From: an uncultured Clostridia bacterium
GTDB lineage: Bacteria > Bacillota > Clostridia > TANB77 > CAG-508
Length of the DNA: 64,000 nucleotides
Assembly: GCA_944391755.1 (NCBI GenBank)
Contig: CALXUT010000001.1
Coordinates: 2,959 to 66,958 of the forward strand
Reading direction: 5' to 3'
In this document: one piece after another, positions 19,377-30,297 of the stretch
How the letters are laid out: every line of letters starts with the position of its first letter
How positions within the stretch are numbered: position 1 is the first letter of the stretch
The notes under the pieces: model-generated
Told to the model about the DNA's origin: nothing
Databases searched by the model: none
What the model saw: only the letters and a program-made list of their open reading frames with translations
Translations under genes and position numbers: made by a program

Positions 19377-20306
19377 TTATAAACTAAAATCAAATATATT
19401 GTTATCAAAAATCTCGTCATATGATGCATTATCTTTTTTTAGAATGTTACTTAAATGTTTACCATATTCTGTCTTTTTATACATCTTTGCAAATTCCTCT
19501 AATTGATCTCTTGTTATCCAATGATTTTTATACGCAATTTCCTCTAAACAAGCTATTTGCGTTCCTTGTCTTAATTCGATAGCTTTTACAAAATCTGCTG
19601 CATCAGAAAGTCTATCAGGAGTTCCTGTATCAAACCAAGCATATCCACTTCCTAGTGGAATTACTTTTAGCTTTCCAGCTTCCATATATGCTTTATTAAC
19701 ATCTGTAATTTCTAATTCTCCTCTTTCAGATGGTTTAATATTTTTTGCTATTTTTACAACATCATTATCATAAAAATAGATTCCAGGTACAGCTAAATCT
19801 GATTTTGGCACTTTTGGTTTCTCTTCTATTGAAATAGCATTACCTTTTGAGTCTATTTCTACTACACCATAACTTGTTGGATCACTTACTTGGTATCCAA
19901 ATATAACGCCACCCTCTTCTAATCTATTAGCTGCTTTTAGCACTCTTTCTAATCTAGAACCATATATCATGTTATCTCCTAATATAAGAGCTACATTGTC
20001 TTCTCCTATAAAATCTTTTCCTAATATAAAAGCATCTGCAAGTCCAACTGGTTTTTCTTGAATGGCATATTCAAATTTCATTCCAAATTTAGAGCCATCT
20101 TCAAGCAAATCTTTAAACCTATCTATATGTATAGGAGTCGATATAATAAGTACTTCTCTTATTCCAGCCATCATTAAAGCTGAAAGTGGATAATAAATCA
20201 TTGGTTTATCATATACTGGTAATAATTGTTTTGAAACGGCACAAGTAATAGGATATAGTCTTGTTGCACTTCCTCCCGCTAAAATAATTCCTTTTCTATT
20301 TTTCAT
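19377..20306 (-). CDS. rfbA: Glucose-1-phosphate thymidylyltransferase
   Basis: 309-aa ORF with [14 protein letters not shown] and LGDN motifs typical of RmlA. Confidence 0.93.
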   Translation of the reverse strand: MKNRKGIILAGGSATRLYPITCAVSKQLLPVYDKPMIYYPLSALMMAGIREVLIISTPIHIDRFKDLLEDGSKFGMKFEYAIQEKPVGLADAFILGKDFIGEDNVALILGDNMIYGSRLERVLKAANRLEEGGVIFGYQVSDPTSYGVVEIDSKGNAISIEEKPKVPKSDLAVPGIYFYDNDVVKIAKNIKPSERGELEITDVNKAYMEAGKLKVIPLGSGYAWFDTGTPDRLSDAADFVKAIELRQGTQIACLEEIAYKNHWITRDQLEEFAKMYKKTEYGKHLSNILKKDNASYDEIFDNNIFDFSL

Positions 20307-21168
20307 TTTCTTTCACCTCATTTAAATATCTTTTTAATCCATCTTTCCATTCAGGAATATTGATTCCTAATTTTAATAATTTTTCTTTTGATAATTGAGA
20401 ATTAAATGGTCTTTTTGCTTGCGTAATTTTCATCATTTCAATATATTCTTCTGTTGTTACAGGGTTAACACTACATCCTATTCCTTGTTCTGCAAATATT
20501 TCTTTTGTAAATTCATACCATGTTGTGTAACCTTGATTTGTTGCATTATAAATTCCATAAGGGATCTTTTTTTCAATTGCTTGATATATGATTTCTGCTA
20601 AATCTTTAGCATATGTTGGACTTCCATGTTGATCTGATACAACATTTACTTCATCCCTAGTAGTTCCTAATTTTGTCATTGTTTTTACAAAATTGTTTCC
20701 TCCTATTCCATATAGCCATGCTGTTCTGAATATGTAATATTCTTCCATGTTTTTTTGAATTTCTTCTTCTCCATGTAATTTGGTTTTTCCATATGCAGTT
20801 ACTGGTGCTTTGGAATCATCTTCCTTATAATCCTTAGATATATCTAAATCTCCTCCAAACACATAATCTGTAGAAATATGTACTAATTTTGCACCATTTG
20901 CTTTTGCTGCTTTTGCTAAATTTGCTGGTCCATCACCATTAATCTTATCAGCTAATTCATAATTGTCTTCTGCTTTATCTACCGCAGTATATGCCGCACA
21001 ATTTATGATATAGTCTGGTTTTATCTTCTCAACAACCTCTTGTACCATTTTTTCATTTGTGATATCTAGTTCTGTTACATCTGTTGCTATAATTTCATTG
21101 TTTTTTTCAAATTTTTCTCTAACTTCTTTTGCTAACATTCCATTAGCACCTGTTATTAGTATTTTCAT
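20296..21168 (-). CDS. rfbD: dTDP-4-dehydrorhamnose reductase
   Basis: 290-aa SDR ([22 protein letters not shown]) overlapping the rfbA start. It ends in TAG. Confidence 0.9.
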   Translation of the reverse strand: MKILITGANGMLAKEVREKFEKNNEIIATDVTELDITNEKMVQEVVEKIKPDYIINCAAYTAVDKAEDNYELADKINGDGPANLAKAAKANGAKLVHISTDYVFGGDLDISKDYKEDDSKAPVTAYGKTKLHGEEEIQKNMEEYYIFRTAWLYGIGGNNFVKTMTKLGTTRDEVNVVSDQHGSPTYAKDLAEIIYQAIEKKIPYGIYNATNQGYTTWYEFTKEIFAEQGIGCSVNPVTTEEYIEMMKITQAKRPFNSQLSKEKLLKLGINIPEWKDGLKRYLNEVKENEK

Positions 21169-21315
21169 TTTTATACTCCTTTTTTTATTTAATATATTAC
21201 GATATCATATTATCATCATTTAATAAAAAACACAAGAGTTTTTATAAACTTTATAAAAAGCTTTTCAAACATTTATTATTATATCATATAATTATGTAAA
21301 TAGCAACCTTTTTAA

Positions 21316-21360
21316 CAAAATATAATATCCCCTTTAGCTCAATTGAACTAAGGGGGATAT
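21316..21360 (-). terminator. Hairpin terminator after the GC-rich foreign gene
   Basis: Minus strand reads ATATCCCCCTTAG-loop-CTAAAGGGGATAT (one mismatch) followed by a T-rich tail. Confidence 0.55.
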
Positions 21361-21370
21361 TATTATGAGG

Positions 21371-22165
21371 TTACACGATGCAGGAGAGGATATATGCTTT
21401 CGCATACATCTCATCCAGGATTTCCTCAAGTTTTCCGCCCGCAATGTACACGGACTCGATCTCTTCAGGCGTCAGGGCAAAATTCCTTGCCTTAATGCGA
21501 TGATTGATTTCATCGCTGATGCCCATGAACCTGTAAGTGTTTGCCGCCAGATCGGCCGGATAGGCCAAATAAAGAGCGGTCTCCACATTGGCGTTGAACC
21601 AATCTCGGTCCAACAATACGCCCGTGCTGTTCCAAACAGCTCCCACCAATTTGAGGAACCCAAGCTCCTCAAAGAGAGTTACCTGAGCACGGAGCTCTTT
21701 GCCGTCGATGATTCGCCCCGGCTCAGACTGAAGAGAAAACTCATCTCCGAATCGTCTGGAGGGATCAATCATCTTTTCTCTCAGAGTCTCGTCCAGGGTC
21801 ATGTCCTGAACGATGTGCATCGCCAGGGCATGGAAGTGCTTGTGGGCCCAGTTGTGCTGAGCAAAGATTTCGAACTGGGTCTCCTCGCCGATGGCCGCCT
21901 TGGGGAAGCCATCAGGCACATGCCACTGGATGCTGCAGTTCTCCTTACTCATGGACTTGAGCTCAGACTCATTCGGGAACTTCATCCAGGCCGTGTCGGA
22001 ATGATCCGGCAGGCTTTCAAAATGAGACGCCGCTCTGGGTCCAACATAGGCCCGAATCCCATCCGGGAGCAGGATATACGGCAGTTCCTGCCGAATTCTG
22101 TCCATGCTGTACCCTTTGTCCATCATGGCTTTGAAGGAAATCGCCACATGCTGCTTCGTTAACAT
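21371..22165 (-). CDS. Compositionally foreign hypothetical protein (possible metal-dependent hydrolase)
   Basis: 264-aa ORF with AGGAGG 8 nt before the ATG. The CDS is far more GC-rich than the flanks. It uses a single TTA codon (codon 2) and no CTA or TCA. His/Asp-rich motifs (LPDGIR, SHFE, HKHFHALAMHIVQD) hint at a metal site. The family is not recognised. Confidence 0.8.
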   Translation of the reverse strand: MLTKQHVAISFKAMMDKGYSMDRIRQELPYILLPDGIRAYVGPRAASHFESLPDHSDTAWMKFPNESELKSMSKENCSIQWHVPDGFPKAAIGEETQFEIFAQHNWAHKHFHALAMHIVQDMTLDETLREKMIDPSRRFGDEFSLQSEPGRIIDGKELRAQVTLFEELGFLKLVGAVWNSTGVLLDRDWFNANVETALYLAYPADLAANTYRFMGISDEINHRIKARNFALTPEEIESVYIAGGKLEEILDEMYAKAYILSCIV

Positions 22166-22254
22166 AAGAATAACCTCCTGTCTGTAGTAAAACTTCTACT
22201 ACAGAATATTGAATTTGACTCACACATAGTGTGATTCATAAGATAATTATAACA
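22166..22254 (-). promoter_or_regulatory. Extended -10 promoter and 5' UTR with two perfect palindromes upstream of the foreign gene
   Basis: The minus strand has TGTTATAAT (22246-22254). The palindromes are TCACAC-ATA-GTGTGA (22220-22234) and CTGTAGTA-7 nt-TACTACAG (22182-22204). The Shine-Dalgarno is at 22174-22178. Confidence 0.5.
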
Positions 22255-22316
22255 TATTTTACATAAAAATACAAATTCAACAAAATTTGCAATGCTAGTA
22301 AATCAAATTTAGTTTT

Positions 22317-23198
22317 TTATGAACACCAATTTTCTATTAAATCTGATGTGATTTTTAAATTTCCTTTTCCCACTGCCATTTCTATATTTTTCTTGTTTAT
22401 ACCATGATAATCACTTCCACCGCTTCTTAAAAATCCATTTTTATTTGTATACTCTAATAAATAATCTATTTGTTCTTGATTAAATTCACTATGCATACAT
22501 TCAATTCCATCTATATCATATTCGTGAACTAAATCATCTAATAATTTATTCTTATCTTCTGCCCATTTATAAATATATATATGGGGTAAAAATGCAAGTC
22601 CTCCTGCTTTTTTTATTAAATCTACTGCTTCTTGAACACTTAAATAATCTTTGCTTTTATCAATAAATAGCTCATAATTAGGATTTCCACACTATTTTTT
22701 TGAAAACACATTAAATTCGTTCCAAAAATCTTCTGGCACTTTATCTTTATTTTGTTCATGGCTTTTTATTTCATTATAAATAGTTACACTTGCCCAGTCC
22801 CTTTCTGGATGAAAATCAATATTTTCTTTTTTATTTAAAACTAATCCCATTTTCGTACATCTTTCATATAAAATATCAAAATATTTTTGCTGTACGATCT
22901 CCTTTGAATGTGTTTTATGAAATTCATCCATATATTTATTTATAATATGTGGATTTACTTTATATCCTAATACTTCAATTAGTCTAATTCCATATGCACA
23001 TTTAATTTCTACTCCTGGAATGATTTTGCCTGTATAATACTTTTTGACATCTATTTTTTCAAGTTCATTATAACCTGCACAAGTGTCATGATCTGTTATA
23101 GAAATATATTCTAATTTTAGTTGTTCTGCTTTTTTTAAAACTTCTATTAATGAATCTGCACCATCTGAATAAGTGGTGTGAAGGTGTAAATCTATCAT
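22317..23198 (-). pseudogene. PHP-domain phosphoesterase (TrpH/YciV-like) interrupted by one in-frame TAG
   Basis: The N-terminal 168 aa (MIDLHLHTTYSDG...ITDHD) end at TAG 22692-22694. The same frame then continues as CGNPNYELF...LPHIYIY...RSGGSDYHG to a TAA at 22317-22319, completing a PHP domain. Confidence 0.75.
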
Positions 23199-23281
23199 AT
23201 TATCCTCCTAGTTTCAGAAAATTTTATATAAAAAGCTAATTTTTTAGTAAACTCTTTTTTATTTCTTTTTATAAGATATTT

Positions 23282-24076
23282 TTATCTCGCTTCATCTTCT
23301 AGCATTCTTGCAATTCTTTCATATTCCATTTCAACTTCTTGAATTGTTCCATGATATAAATCTTCAATGTTAGTGCTATAATCAATATCTTTTGCTTCAT
23401 TACTTTTTTTATTATATATTGTAAATGTAATACTTTCAAATCTTTCTATGATGGCTTTCATATATGTATAGAAATTACAAAACTTGTCTAATACTTCTCC
23501 TTTTTCTACATCTCTCCCTACTTTTCTAGCTCTTTCTTTAATATTCCTCATTGAAAGTTCAAAAGTTGGGTTTAATGCTATTATGTATGGTGTAACTCCG
23601 TGTTGCAAAGCATATTCTATTTTTTCTTCAAAAGCCGGAGGCGTTATAGATCCTTCATATACAACACTATTTTCTAATATACCTTCTTTATCCCCTTCAA
23701 ATAATGCTTGTACAAAATATGACTTTCCCGCTCCATATGGACCAGTAACATATATACAGCGATGAATATCTGGACTTTGCATTGCTCTAATATACGCCTC
23801 ATTTGTTAAAACAGCAGCAGAATTTGTTATTGCTGTATTATATAATCTTCTGTTTTCAATTTTCTTAGCATAGAACGGAAATATCATTTTCATTAAATCT
23901 GAATTAATATATTTTCCTCCTCTACTTTCAGGTAATTCACCATATGCCTTCAAAATACCATCTGTATGTGTACATGCCATATTTATACAGTATCCTTCTA
24001 TTTTTTCCTCTATTGAGCCTTTTTTAAATCCTTTTCTTCTTATTGTAGTTCTATCAATATTTCCCAATTTATACAC
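23282..24076 (-). CDS. P-loop NTPase/kinase, zeta-toxin-like (tentative)
   Basis: 264-aa ORF with Walker A VTGPYGAGKSY in the middle of the protein, a layout resembling zeta-toxin/AAA-kinase proteins. The likely true start is the TTG at 24067, 8 nt after AGAGG. Confidence 0.7.
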   Translation of the reverse strand: MYKLGNIDRTTIRRKGFKKGSIEEKIEGYCINMACTHTDGILKAYGELPESRGGKYINSDLMKMIFPFYAKKIENRRLYNTAITNSAAVLTNEAYIRAMQSPDIHRCIYVTGPYGAGKSYFVQALFEGDKEGILENSVVYEGSITPPAFEEKIEYALQHGVTPYIIALNPTFELSMRNIKERARKVGRDVEKGEVLDKFCNFYTYMKAIIERFESITFTIYNKKSNEAKDIDYSTNIEDLYHGTIQEVEMEYERIARMLEDEAR

Positions 24077-24097
24077 CTCTTATTGTTAATTTTTTTA

Positions 24098-24232
24098 TTA
24101 ATAACTAGAAAGTTTTTTTATTTTTTTCTCTAATTCTTTATCTTTTGATAGTTCTACAGAAATATTTTTCCATGAATTTAATAATTTTTCCATATATATT
24201 GATTCTTCGTTTTTGTTGGTTTCTTTTTTCAT
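24098..24232 (-). CDS. Possible 44-aa acidic/basic helical peptide upstream of the P-loop gene
   Basis: My translation is MKKETNKNEESIYMEKLLNSWKNISVELSKDKELEKKIKKLSSY. There is no convincing Shine-Dalgarno, so the call is weak. Confidence 0.3.
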   Translation of the reverse strand: MKKETNKNEESIYMEKLLNSWKNISVELSKDKELEKKIKKLSSY

Positions 24233-24307
24233 ATTGAACATCTATATAATTTTAGATTATATATCTCCTCTCTTATTTTTTACTATCCTTTTAAATTTAT
24301 CATTCAT

Positions 24308-25150
24308 TTAATGATTTTCTATAAAATTTAATTTATGTATAACATCTTCTCCAATAATTTCATTTGAAAGTTGTACCAATTCATGCCATACTGGTATTTC
24401 TCCTCTATAATGAGCATCTAGTCCATATAAAACTTTAACATTATAGTTACAAGCAATTTTCCAAAATTCTTTTCGTGGATACTGCACATTTATTAATTTC
24501 TTCCTTTGCTCTTCTATTGGTAAATTATTTAAGATTCTATTCTCATTATATGTTCTTTGAAATATATTATTTAGATTAATTTCTAATGGTATATTATATT
24601 CTTCAGCTACCTCACATATTTTATTTGCAACTTTTCTTTCAACTTCACCAAATTTCTTTCTACTGTGCATATATATGTCCGGATGTGCAATAATATCTGG
24701 TATATTTAGTTTTGCCGCTTGTTCAATATATTCAGCATATGTCATTAATTCTCTATCTGTAAAATCACATTTACCTAATATTCTTAATTCTTTATTATCA
24801 TCATAAATGAAATGTTGCCCTAATACAATTATATCTGTTTCATCTTTTAATTCTTGAATATTTTTTTCTTCTCCTGGTAAATATTCCACTTCATATCCTA
24901 CTTTTATTTGTATGGTATCTTTATATTTATCTTTTAACTTTTTAATACTTTGTATATATTCTTCTCTTTGGTTATATTCCATTCTTACTCTTGGTCTTTT
25001 ATCTATCACATTTTTTTCTGGGCAATGATCTGTTATTGCTATTTTTTTAAATCCCATTTTAATGTAATCTTTAATATAATCTTCATCAGACATATCTAAA
25101 TCTGCGTGTTTGCATCTATATGTATGTGAATGGTAATTGAAATTTTGCAT
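24308..25150 (-). CDS. PHP-family histidinol-phosphatase-like protein (HisJ type)
   Basis: The MQNFNYHSHTYRCKHA start and the ITDHCP, HPD and GLDAH motifs are typical of HisJ-type PHP phosphatases. The start is set at the ATG after GGGGGGAAG. Confidence 0.8.
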   Translation of the reverse strand: MQNFNYHSHTYRCKHADLDMSDEDYIKDYIKMGFKKIAITDHCPEKNVIDKRPRVRMEYNQREEYIQSIKKLKDKYKDTIQIKVGYEVEYLPGEEKNIQELKDETDIIVLGQHFIYDDNKELRILGKCDFTDRELMTYAEYIEQAAKLNIPDIIAHPDIYMHSRKKFGEVERKVANKICEVAEEYNIPLEINLNNIFQRTYNENRILNNLPIEEQRKKLINVQYPRKEFWKIACNYNVKVLYGLDAHYRGEIPVWHELVQLSNEIIGEDVIHKLNFIENH

Positions 25151-25241
25151 TATTTTATCTTCCCCCCAATTTCTATAGTTTATACATTCTAACATATTAT
25201 ACTCGTTTCGTTTATTAAAATCAAGCGGTTCTATAATAAAT

Positions 25242-26180
25242 GTTGGGGTGGTTAGAAAATCTACTTCAACAATTTTATTATTTTTAACAAAAATAAGGTT
25301 GAAATTTATATTGAATTACCTGTTGTTGAACAAGTTTGCCCTCATTGTGGCTCTAAAACTACTAAGATTCATGACTATTATAAACAGCCTGTTAAGGTTT
25401 TACCTATTTATTTTAAACCTACTACTTTAATTTATAATAAGCGTAGATACGAGTGTAAGAATTGTTCTAAAAATTTCTATGAAGATTTAAGTATCAAGTT
25501 GCTTTAATTGATGGTGAAACTCATGATGTTGTTGATATCCTTGAATGTAGATACAAACATTCTCTTTGTGATTATTTTAAGAATTTTCCTAAAGAACAAC
25601 TTGATAATGTTAAATATTTTGTTACTGACTTATGGGAAACTTATAAAGATATTGCTTTCACTTATTTTAGAAAAGCTAAAATCATAGCTGATCATTTTCA
25701 CTTTGCTCGATATGCTTGTGATGCTGTTAATAAAATTAGAATTGATGTACAAAATAAGCTTCCTAAATCTGAAAGAGTTTACTTTAAACATTCTAGAAAA
25801 TTATTACTTTCTAGAACTTGTAATTTAAAAACGGATAAACAAAAAGATGAGCTATCTAATATTCTTATTAACTATTCCGAAGATTTAAGAATTGCCTATA
25901 GAGAGAAAGAAGATTTACTTGATATCCTTCACTCCTCTGAAGATTCTAATATAAAAACTAATGGATTTAGTGAATGGGTCAAAAGAAATTTAGAATCTCC
26001 TATTACTCAATTACAAGAATGTGCTAAAACATACCAGCATTGGTATAGCGAAATTAGAAATTCTTTAGAATTTCCTTATTCAAACGAACCGACAGAAGGC
26101 TTCAACAATTATTTTTAGTGTTGTTTTTTAATACATTAAAAAAGCTGAGGTAGAAAACTTTCAAAGTTTTCCACCCCAAC
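25242..26180 (+). mobile_element. Degenerate, internally deleted ISL3-family insertion sequence
   Basis: Terminal inverted repeats are GTTGGGGTGG (25242-25251) and CCACCCCAAC (26171-26180). The element is ~940 bp, shorter than an intact ISL3. Confidence 0.75.
25293..26118 (+). pseudogene. ISL3 transposase remnant in two frames, N- and C-terminally truncated
   Basis: Frame 1 encodes the zinc-finger part (CPHCGSKTTKIHDYY...RRYECKNCSKNFYE) and stops at 25505-25507. Frame 2 (25483-26118) encodes the DDE-region motifs (FVTDLWETY, IIADHFHFARY, PTEGFNN). It contains no Met, which is why it is missing from the ORF track. Confidence 0.8.
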
Positions 26181-26203
26181 TATTGACATTCAGCCCCAAA
26201 AAG

Positions 26204-26234
26204 AAACCTCGCCATCTGAATTCTGATAGCGAGG
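26204..26234 (-). terminator. Rho-independent terminator after the 106-aa membrane protein gene
   Basis: Minus strand reads CCTCGCTATCAGAATTCAGATGGCGAGG followed by TTTCTTTTT. Confidence 0.75.
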
Positions 26235-26259
26235 TAAGGGTTTATTCCTCCTTTTTTCC

Positions 26260-26580
26260 TTATTTGTTTTTATACCTTTTTTCAGTACTGTCTATTATTA
26301 GCGGTATAACAGAAAGCAAAATAGCAAAAACAAGTTGGAATATGATTGCCTGAACTAATTCGTTCTCTATTTCGAACTTAATAGAGAGTAATAGCCGTAG
26401 TGCAATAACCCCAAAAGATAGCGAGATAACCCGCATGTATATTTTTTTAACTATACCACATAAGAAGATAATAGAGAAAGCACCTAATGTTAGTAGAATT
26501 CCTAGTACTAAAATTTCTTCGTAGCTGAAAAATCCGTTAGGTATAAAGGGTCCAAAGAAGATTGCAATAATTTTTTTCAT
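26260..26580 (-). CDS. Hypothetical small membrane protein (3 predicted TM helices)
   Basis: 106-aa hydrophobic ORF with GGGGA upstream, its own consensus promoter and a GC-rich terminator. Confidence 0.65.
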   Translation of the reverse strand: MKKIIAIFFGPFIPNGFFSYEEILVLGILLTLGAFSIIFLCGIVKKIYMRVISLSFGVIALRLLLSIKFEIENELVQAIIFQLVFAILLSVIPLIIDSTEKRYKNK

Positions 26581-26614
26581 TTGGGAATATCCCCTTTCTT
26601 AATTTGATATCATA

Positions 26615-26643
26615 ATTATATCATTTTTTGAACTTTATGTCAA
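26615..26643 (-). promoter_or_regulatory. Consensus sigma-A promoter
   Basis: Minus strand reads TTGACA, a 17-nt spacer, then TATAAT. Confidence 0.6.
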
Positions 26644-26723
26644 GTTTAAAAAGATTATGGGAATTATGAACCCTAATTACTAGACTTTTATTTCTAATAA
26701 TTGGGCCCAGTTTATTTTATAGT

Positions 26724-28043
<1,320 letters not shown>

Positions 28044-28049
28044 TTAAAT

Positions 28050-28715
28050 TTATTTATTACTTAAAATTTGATTTTTAACTTTTTTCTTTTCATGCTCAGT
28101 AGCTATGTATTCTACCTTTTGAGATTCTTTAAAATCAGTCGTATCATATGTGACAATATTTGTTTTTCTTTTCAAATAAATTCCTGTATCATATTCTTCG
28201 TCTTTTTTTCTACTTGGCTTTCTATTTGCTAAATATTCTTCTATAGCTTGTCTTTCTTTTTTATTATGTGGTTCTATATGTAAATATTTCTGTCTCCAAT
28301 ATATATGATGGTCATAATAAGAATCTTGATTTCCCATTAATTTATCATAATTAAATTCAATCTTGAATCTAGCACTTTTAATAGATATTGTCATGTTTGA
28401 CCATACGGTTTGACCTGACTTTATAAATTCATCTCGTAATTCCTTAATACCTTCATATAACAACTCTACTAATTTTAAATATTCCTCTTCTTCAATATCA
28501 TACTTAGATGGGACTTCATACACATTTATAAATTTTCTTTTTAAAATTCCTTTTGGCATAAAATAGAAATACATCTCTCCTGTTTGTACTTTTCCAAGTC
28601 TTTCTATGATAGATGCATAAAGGTATAATTCATCCCATTTTCCTGGCACAATATAAAATATTCTTCTTTGTATTTCTTCATACAATTCTTTTATTCTTTT
28701 TGTATTATTTAACAC
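28050..28715 (-). CDS. YezG/DUF600-like immunity-type protein with a C-terminal basic extension
   Basis: In the 221-aa ORF, the pattern ELYEEIQRRI...VPGKWDELYLYASI...GEMYFYFMPKG...VP...LRDEF...GQTVW...FNYD parallels the B. subtilis YezG-family layout as I recall it. Confidence 0.6.
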   Translation of the reverse strand: MLNNTKRIKELYEEIQRRIFYIVPGKWDELYLYASIIERLGKVQTGEMYFYFMPKGILKRKFINVYEVPSKYDIEEEEYLKLVELLYEGIKELRDEFIKSGQTVWSNMTISIKSARFKIEFNYDKLMGNQDSYYDHHIYWRQKYLHIEPHNKKERQAIEEYLANRKPSRKKDEEYDTGIYLKRKTNIVTYDTTDFKESQKVEYIATEHEKKKVKNQILSNK

Positions 28716-28727
28716 TTTTATCCACCT

Positions 28728-30260
28728 TTATTTTACTAAAATGCTTTCTCCTGTCATTTCTTTAGGTTTTTCAATTCCTAATAATTCAAGCATTGTTGGT
28801 GCCAAATCAGCTAATTTACCTGATTTTACTTTTAAACTTTCATCATTGCTAACCAATATTAGCGGAACAGGATTTGTTGTATGTGCTGTATGTGGCTCAC
28901 CTGTTTTATAATCTATCATCTGTTCACAGTTTCCATGATCTGCAGTAATGATTAATTTTCCATCATGTGCTAAGATTGCTTCTACAACTTTTTCTACACA
29001 TTCATCAATTGTTTCTACCGCTTTTATTGCTGCTGGTAAACTTCCTGTATGTCCAACCATATCTGGATTAGCATAATTTAATATGATGGTATCATATTTT
29101 TCACTATTTATTGCTTTAACTACTTTTTCAGTTACTTCATACGCACTCATTTCTGGTTGTAAATCATATGTGGCAACTTTTGGTGATGGAACTAATATTC
29201 TATCTTCCCCTGGATATTGCTTTTCTTCTCCTCCATTAAAGAAAAATGTTACATGTGCATATTTTTCTGTTTCTGCTATACGCAATTGTGTCAACCCATG
29301 GTTACTTACAACTTCTCCATAAGTATTTGTTAATTGTTCTTTTTTGAATGCTATCTTTACATTTGGCATTGTTTCATCATAACTTGTGAAACATACAAAG
29401 TAAGTGTCCATTTTTTTCGTTTCAAATTCATTGAAATCTTTATCTACAATGGCTCTTGTTATTTGTCTTGCTCTGTCTGGTCTGAAATTAAAGAATATAA
29501 CAGAATCATGTTCTTCAATTGTTGCTATTGGATTTTCTCCATTACAAATAACGGTTGGTTCCACAAATTCATCAAATACTTCTTTTTGATAAGAATTTTC
29601 TATCGCAATTGTAGCAGATGTTGCTTCATTTCCTTCTCCATTTACAAGTGCATCATAACATTTTTTAATTCTTTCCCATCTTTTATCTCTATCCATTGCA
29701 TAATATCTTCCAGATATACTTGCAATTTTTCCTATTCCTTTTTCTTTCATTTTTTCTTCTAATTGCATTAAATATCCTTCACCAGATGCTGGTGGTGTAT
29801 CTCTACCATCCATAAAACAATGTACAAATACATTTTCAAAATCTCTTCTTTTTGCCATTTCTAATAGTCCATATAAATGTCTTATATGACTATGAACGCC
29901 TCCATCAGATACAAGTCCTAATATGTGCAATTTAGAATTGTATTTTTTACAGTTTTCTATTGCTTCTGTAAATTCAGGAATGGTAAAAAAGTCTCCATCT
30001 TCTATAGATTTTGTTATCTTTGTCAATTCTTGATAAACAATTCTGCCTGCACCTATATTGGTATGTCCAACTTCAGAATTTCCCATTTGTCCATCTGGTA
30101 GTCCAACCTTTAGCCCACTTGTATACATCACAGTTGTTGGATATTTTTTCATTAGTTTATCAATATTAGGTGTTTTGGCAAGTTTTATAGCATTTCCATC
30201 TGTTTTTTCATTAATTCCAAAACCATCTAATATCATTAGCATTACCGGTTTTTTCTCCAT
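28728..30260 (-). CDS. gpmI: 2,3-bisphosphoglycerate-independent phosphoglycerate mutase
   Basis: [21 protein letters not shown] and ADHGN motifs. The start is moved to MEKKP, downstream of GAAAGGA. Confidence 0.95.
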   Translation of the reverse strand: MEKKPVMLMILDGFGINEKTDGNAIKLAKTPNIDKLMKKYPTTVMYTSGLKVGLPDGQMGNSEVGHTNIGAGRIVYQELTKITKSIEDGDFFTIPEFTEAIENCKKYNSKLHILGLVSDGGVHSHIRHLYGLLEMAKRRDFENVFVHCFMDGRDTPPASGEGYLMQLEEKMKEKGIGKIASISGRYYAMDRDKRWERIKKCYDALVNGEGNEATSATIAIENSYQKEVFDEFVEPTVICNGENPIATIEEHDSVIFFNFRPDRARQITRAIVDKDFNEFETKKMDTYFVCFTSYDETMPNVKIAFKKEQLTNTYGEVVSNHGLTQLRIAETEKYAHVTFFFNGGEEKQYPGEDRILVPSPKVATYDLQPEMSAYEVTEKVVKAINSEKYDTIILNYANPDMVGHTGSLPAAIKAVETIDECVEKVVEAILAHDGKLIITADHGNCEQMIDYKTGEPHTAHTTNPVPLILVSNDESLKVKSGKLADLAPTMLELLGIEKPKEMTGESILVK

Positions 30261-30297
30261 ATTCATCAACATTCCTTTCATAGCGGCCACTTTCAAG

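Noticed and set aside
13813-20298. Genome-wide reassignment of TAG to a sense codon (or pyrrolysine) as an explanation for the three in-frame TAGs.
   Set aside because: yicC ends with TAG exactly at its conserved ...REQIQNIE C-terminus (13813-13815). rfbD (20296-20298) and the 38010 gene also terminate at TAG, with the next gene or a terminator following immediately. No methylamine methyltransferase or pyl genes are in the window.
21365-22162. A 265-aa plus-strand ORF almost exactly coextensive with the GC-rich minus-strand gene, preceded by a GGGGGA that looks like a Shine-Dalgarno. This could be read as an antiparallel overlapping gene pair.
   Set aside because: The ORF is in the codon-aligned antisense register, so it stays open simply because the sense gene avoids TTA, CTA and TCA codons. 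Its product is Arg/Leu/Ser/Gly-rich and reads like antisense translation. The apparent Shine-Dalgarno is one arm of the sense gene's terminator hairpin.
25248-25430. A 60-aa plus-strand ORF at the left end of the IS remnant.
   Set aside because: It is in the wrong frame relative to the recognisable ISL3 zinc-finger segment, and its composition is Leu/Ile/Lys-rich low complexity.
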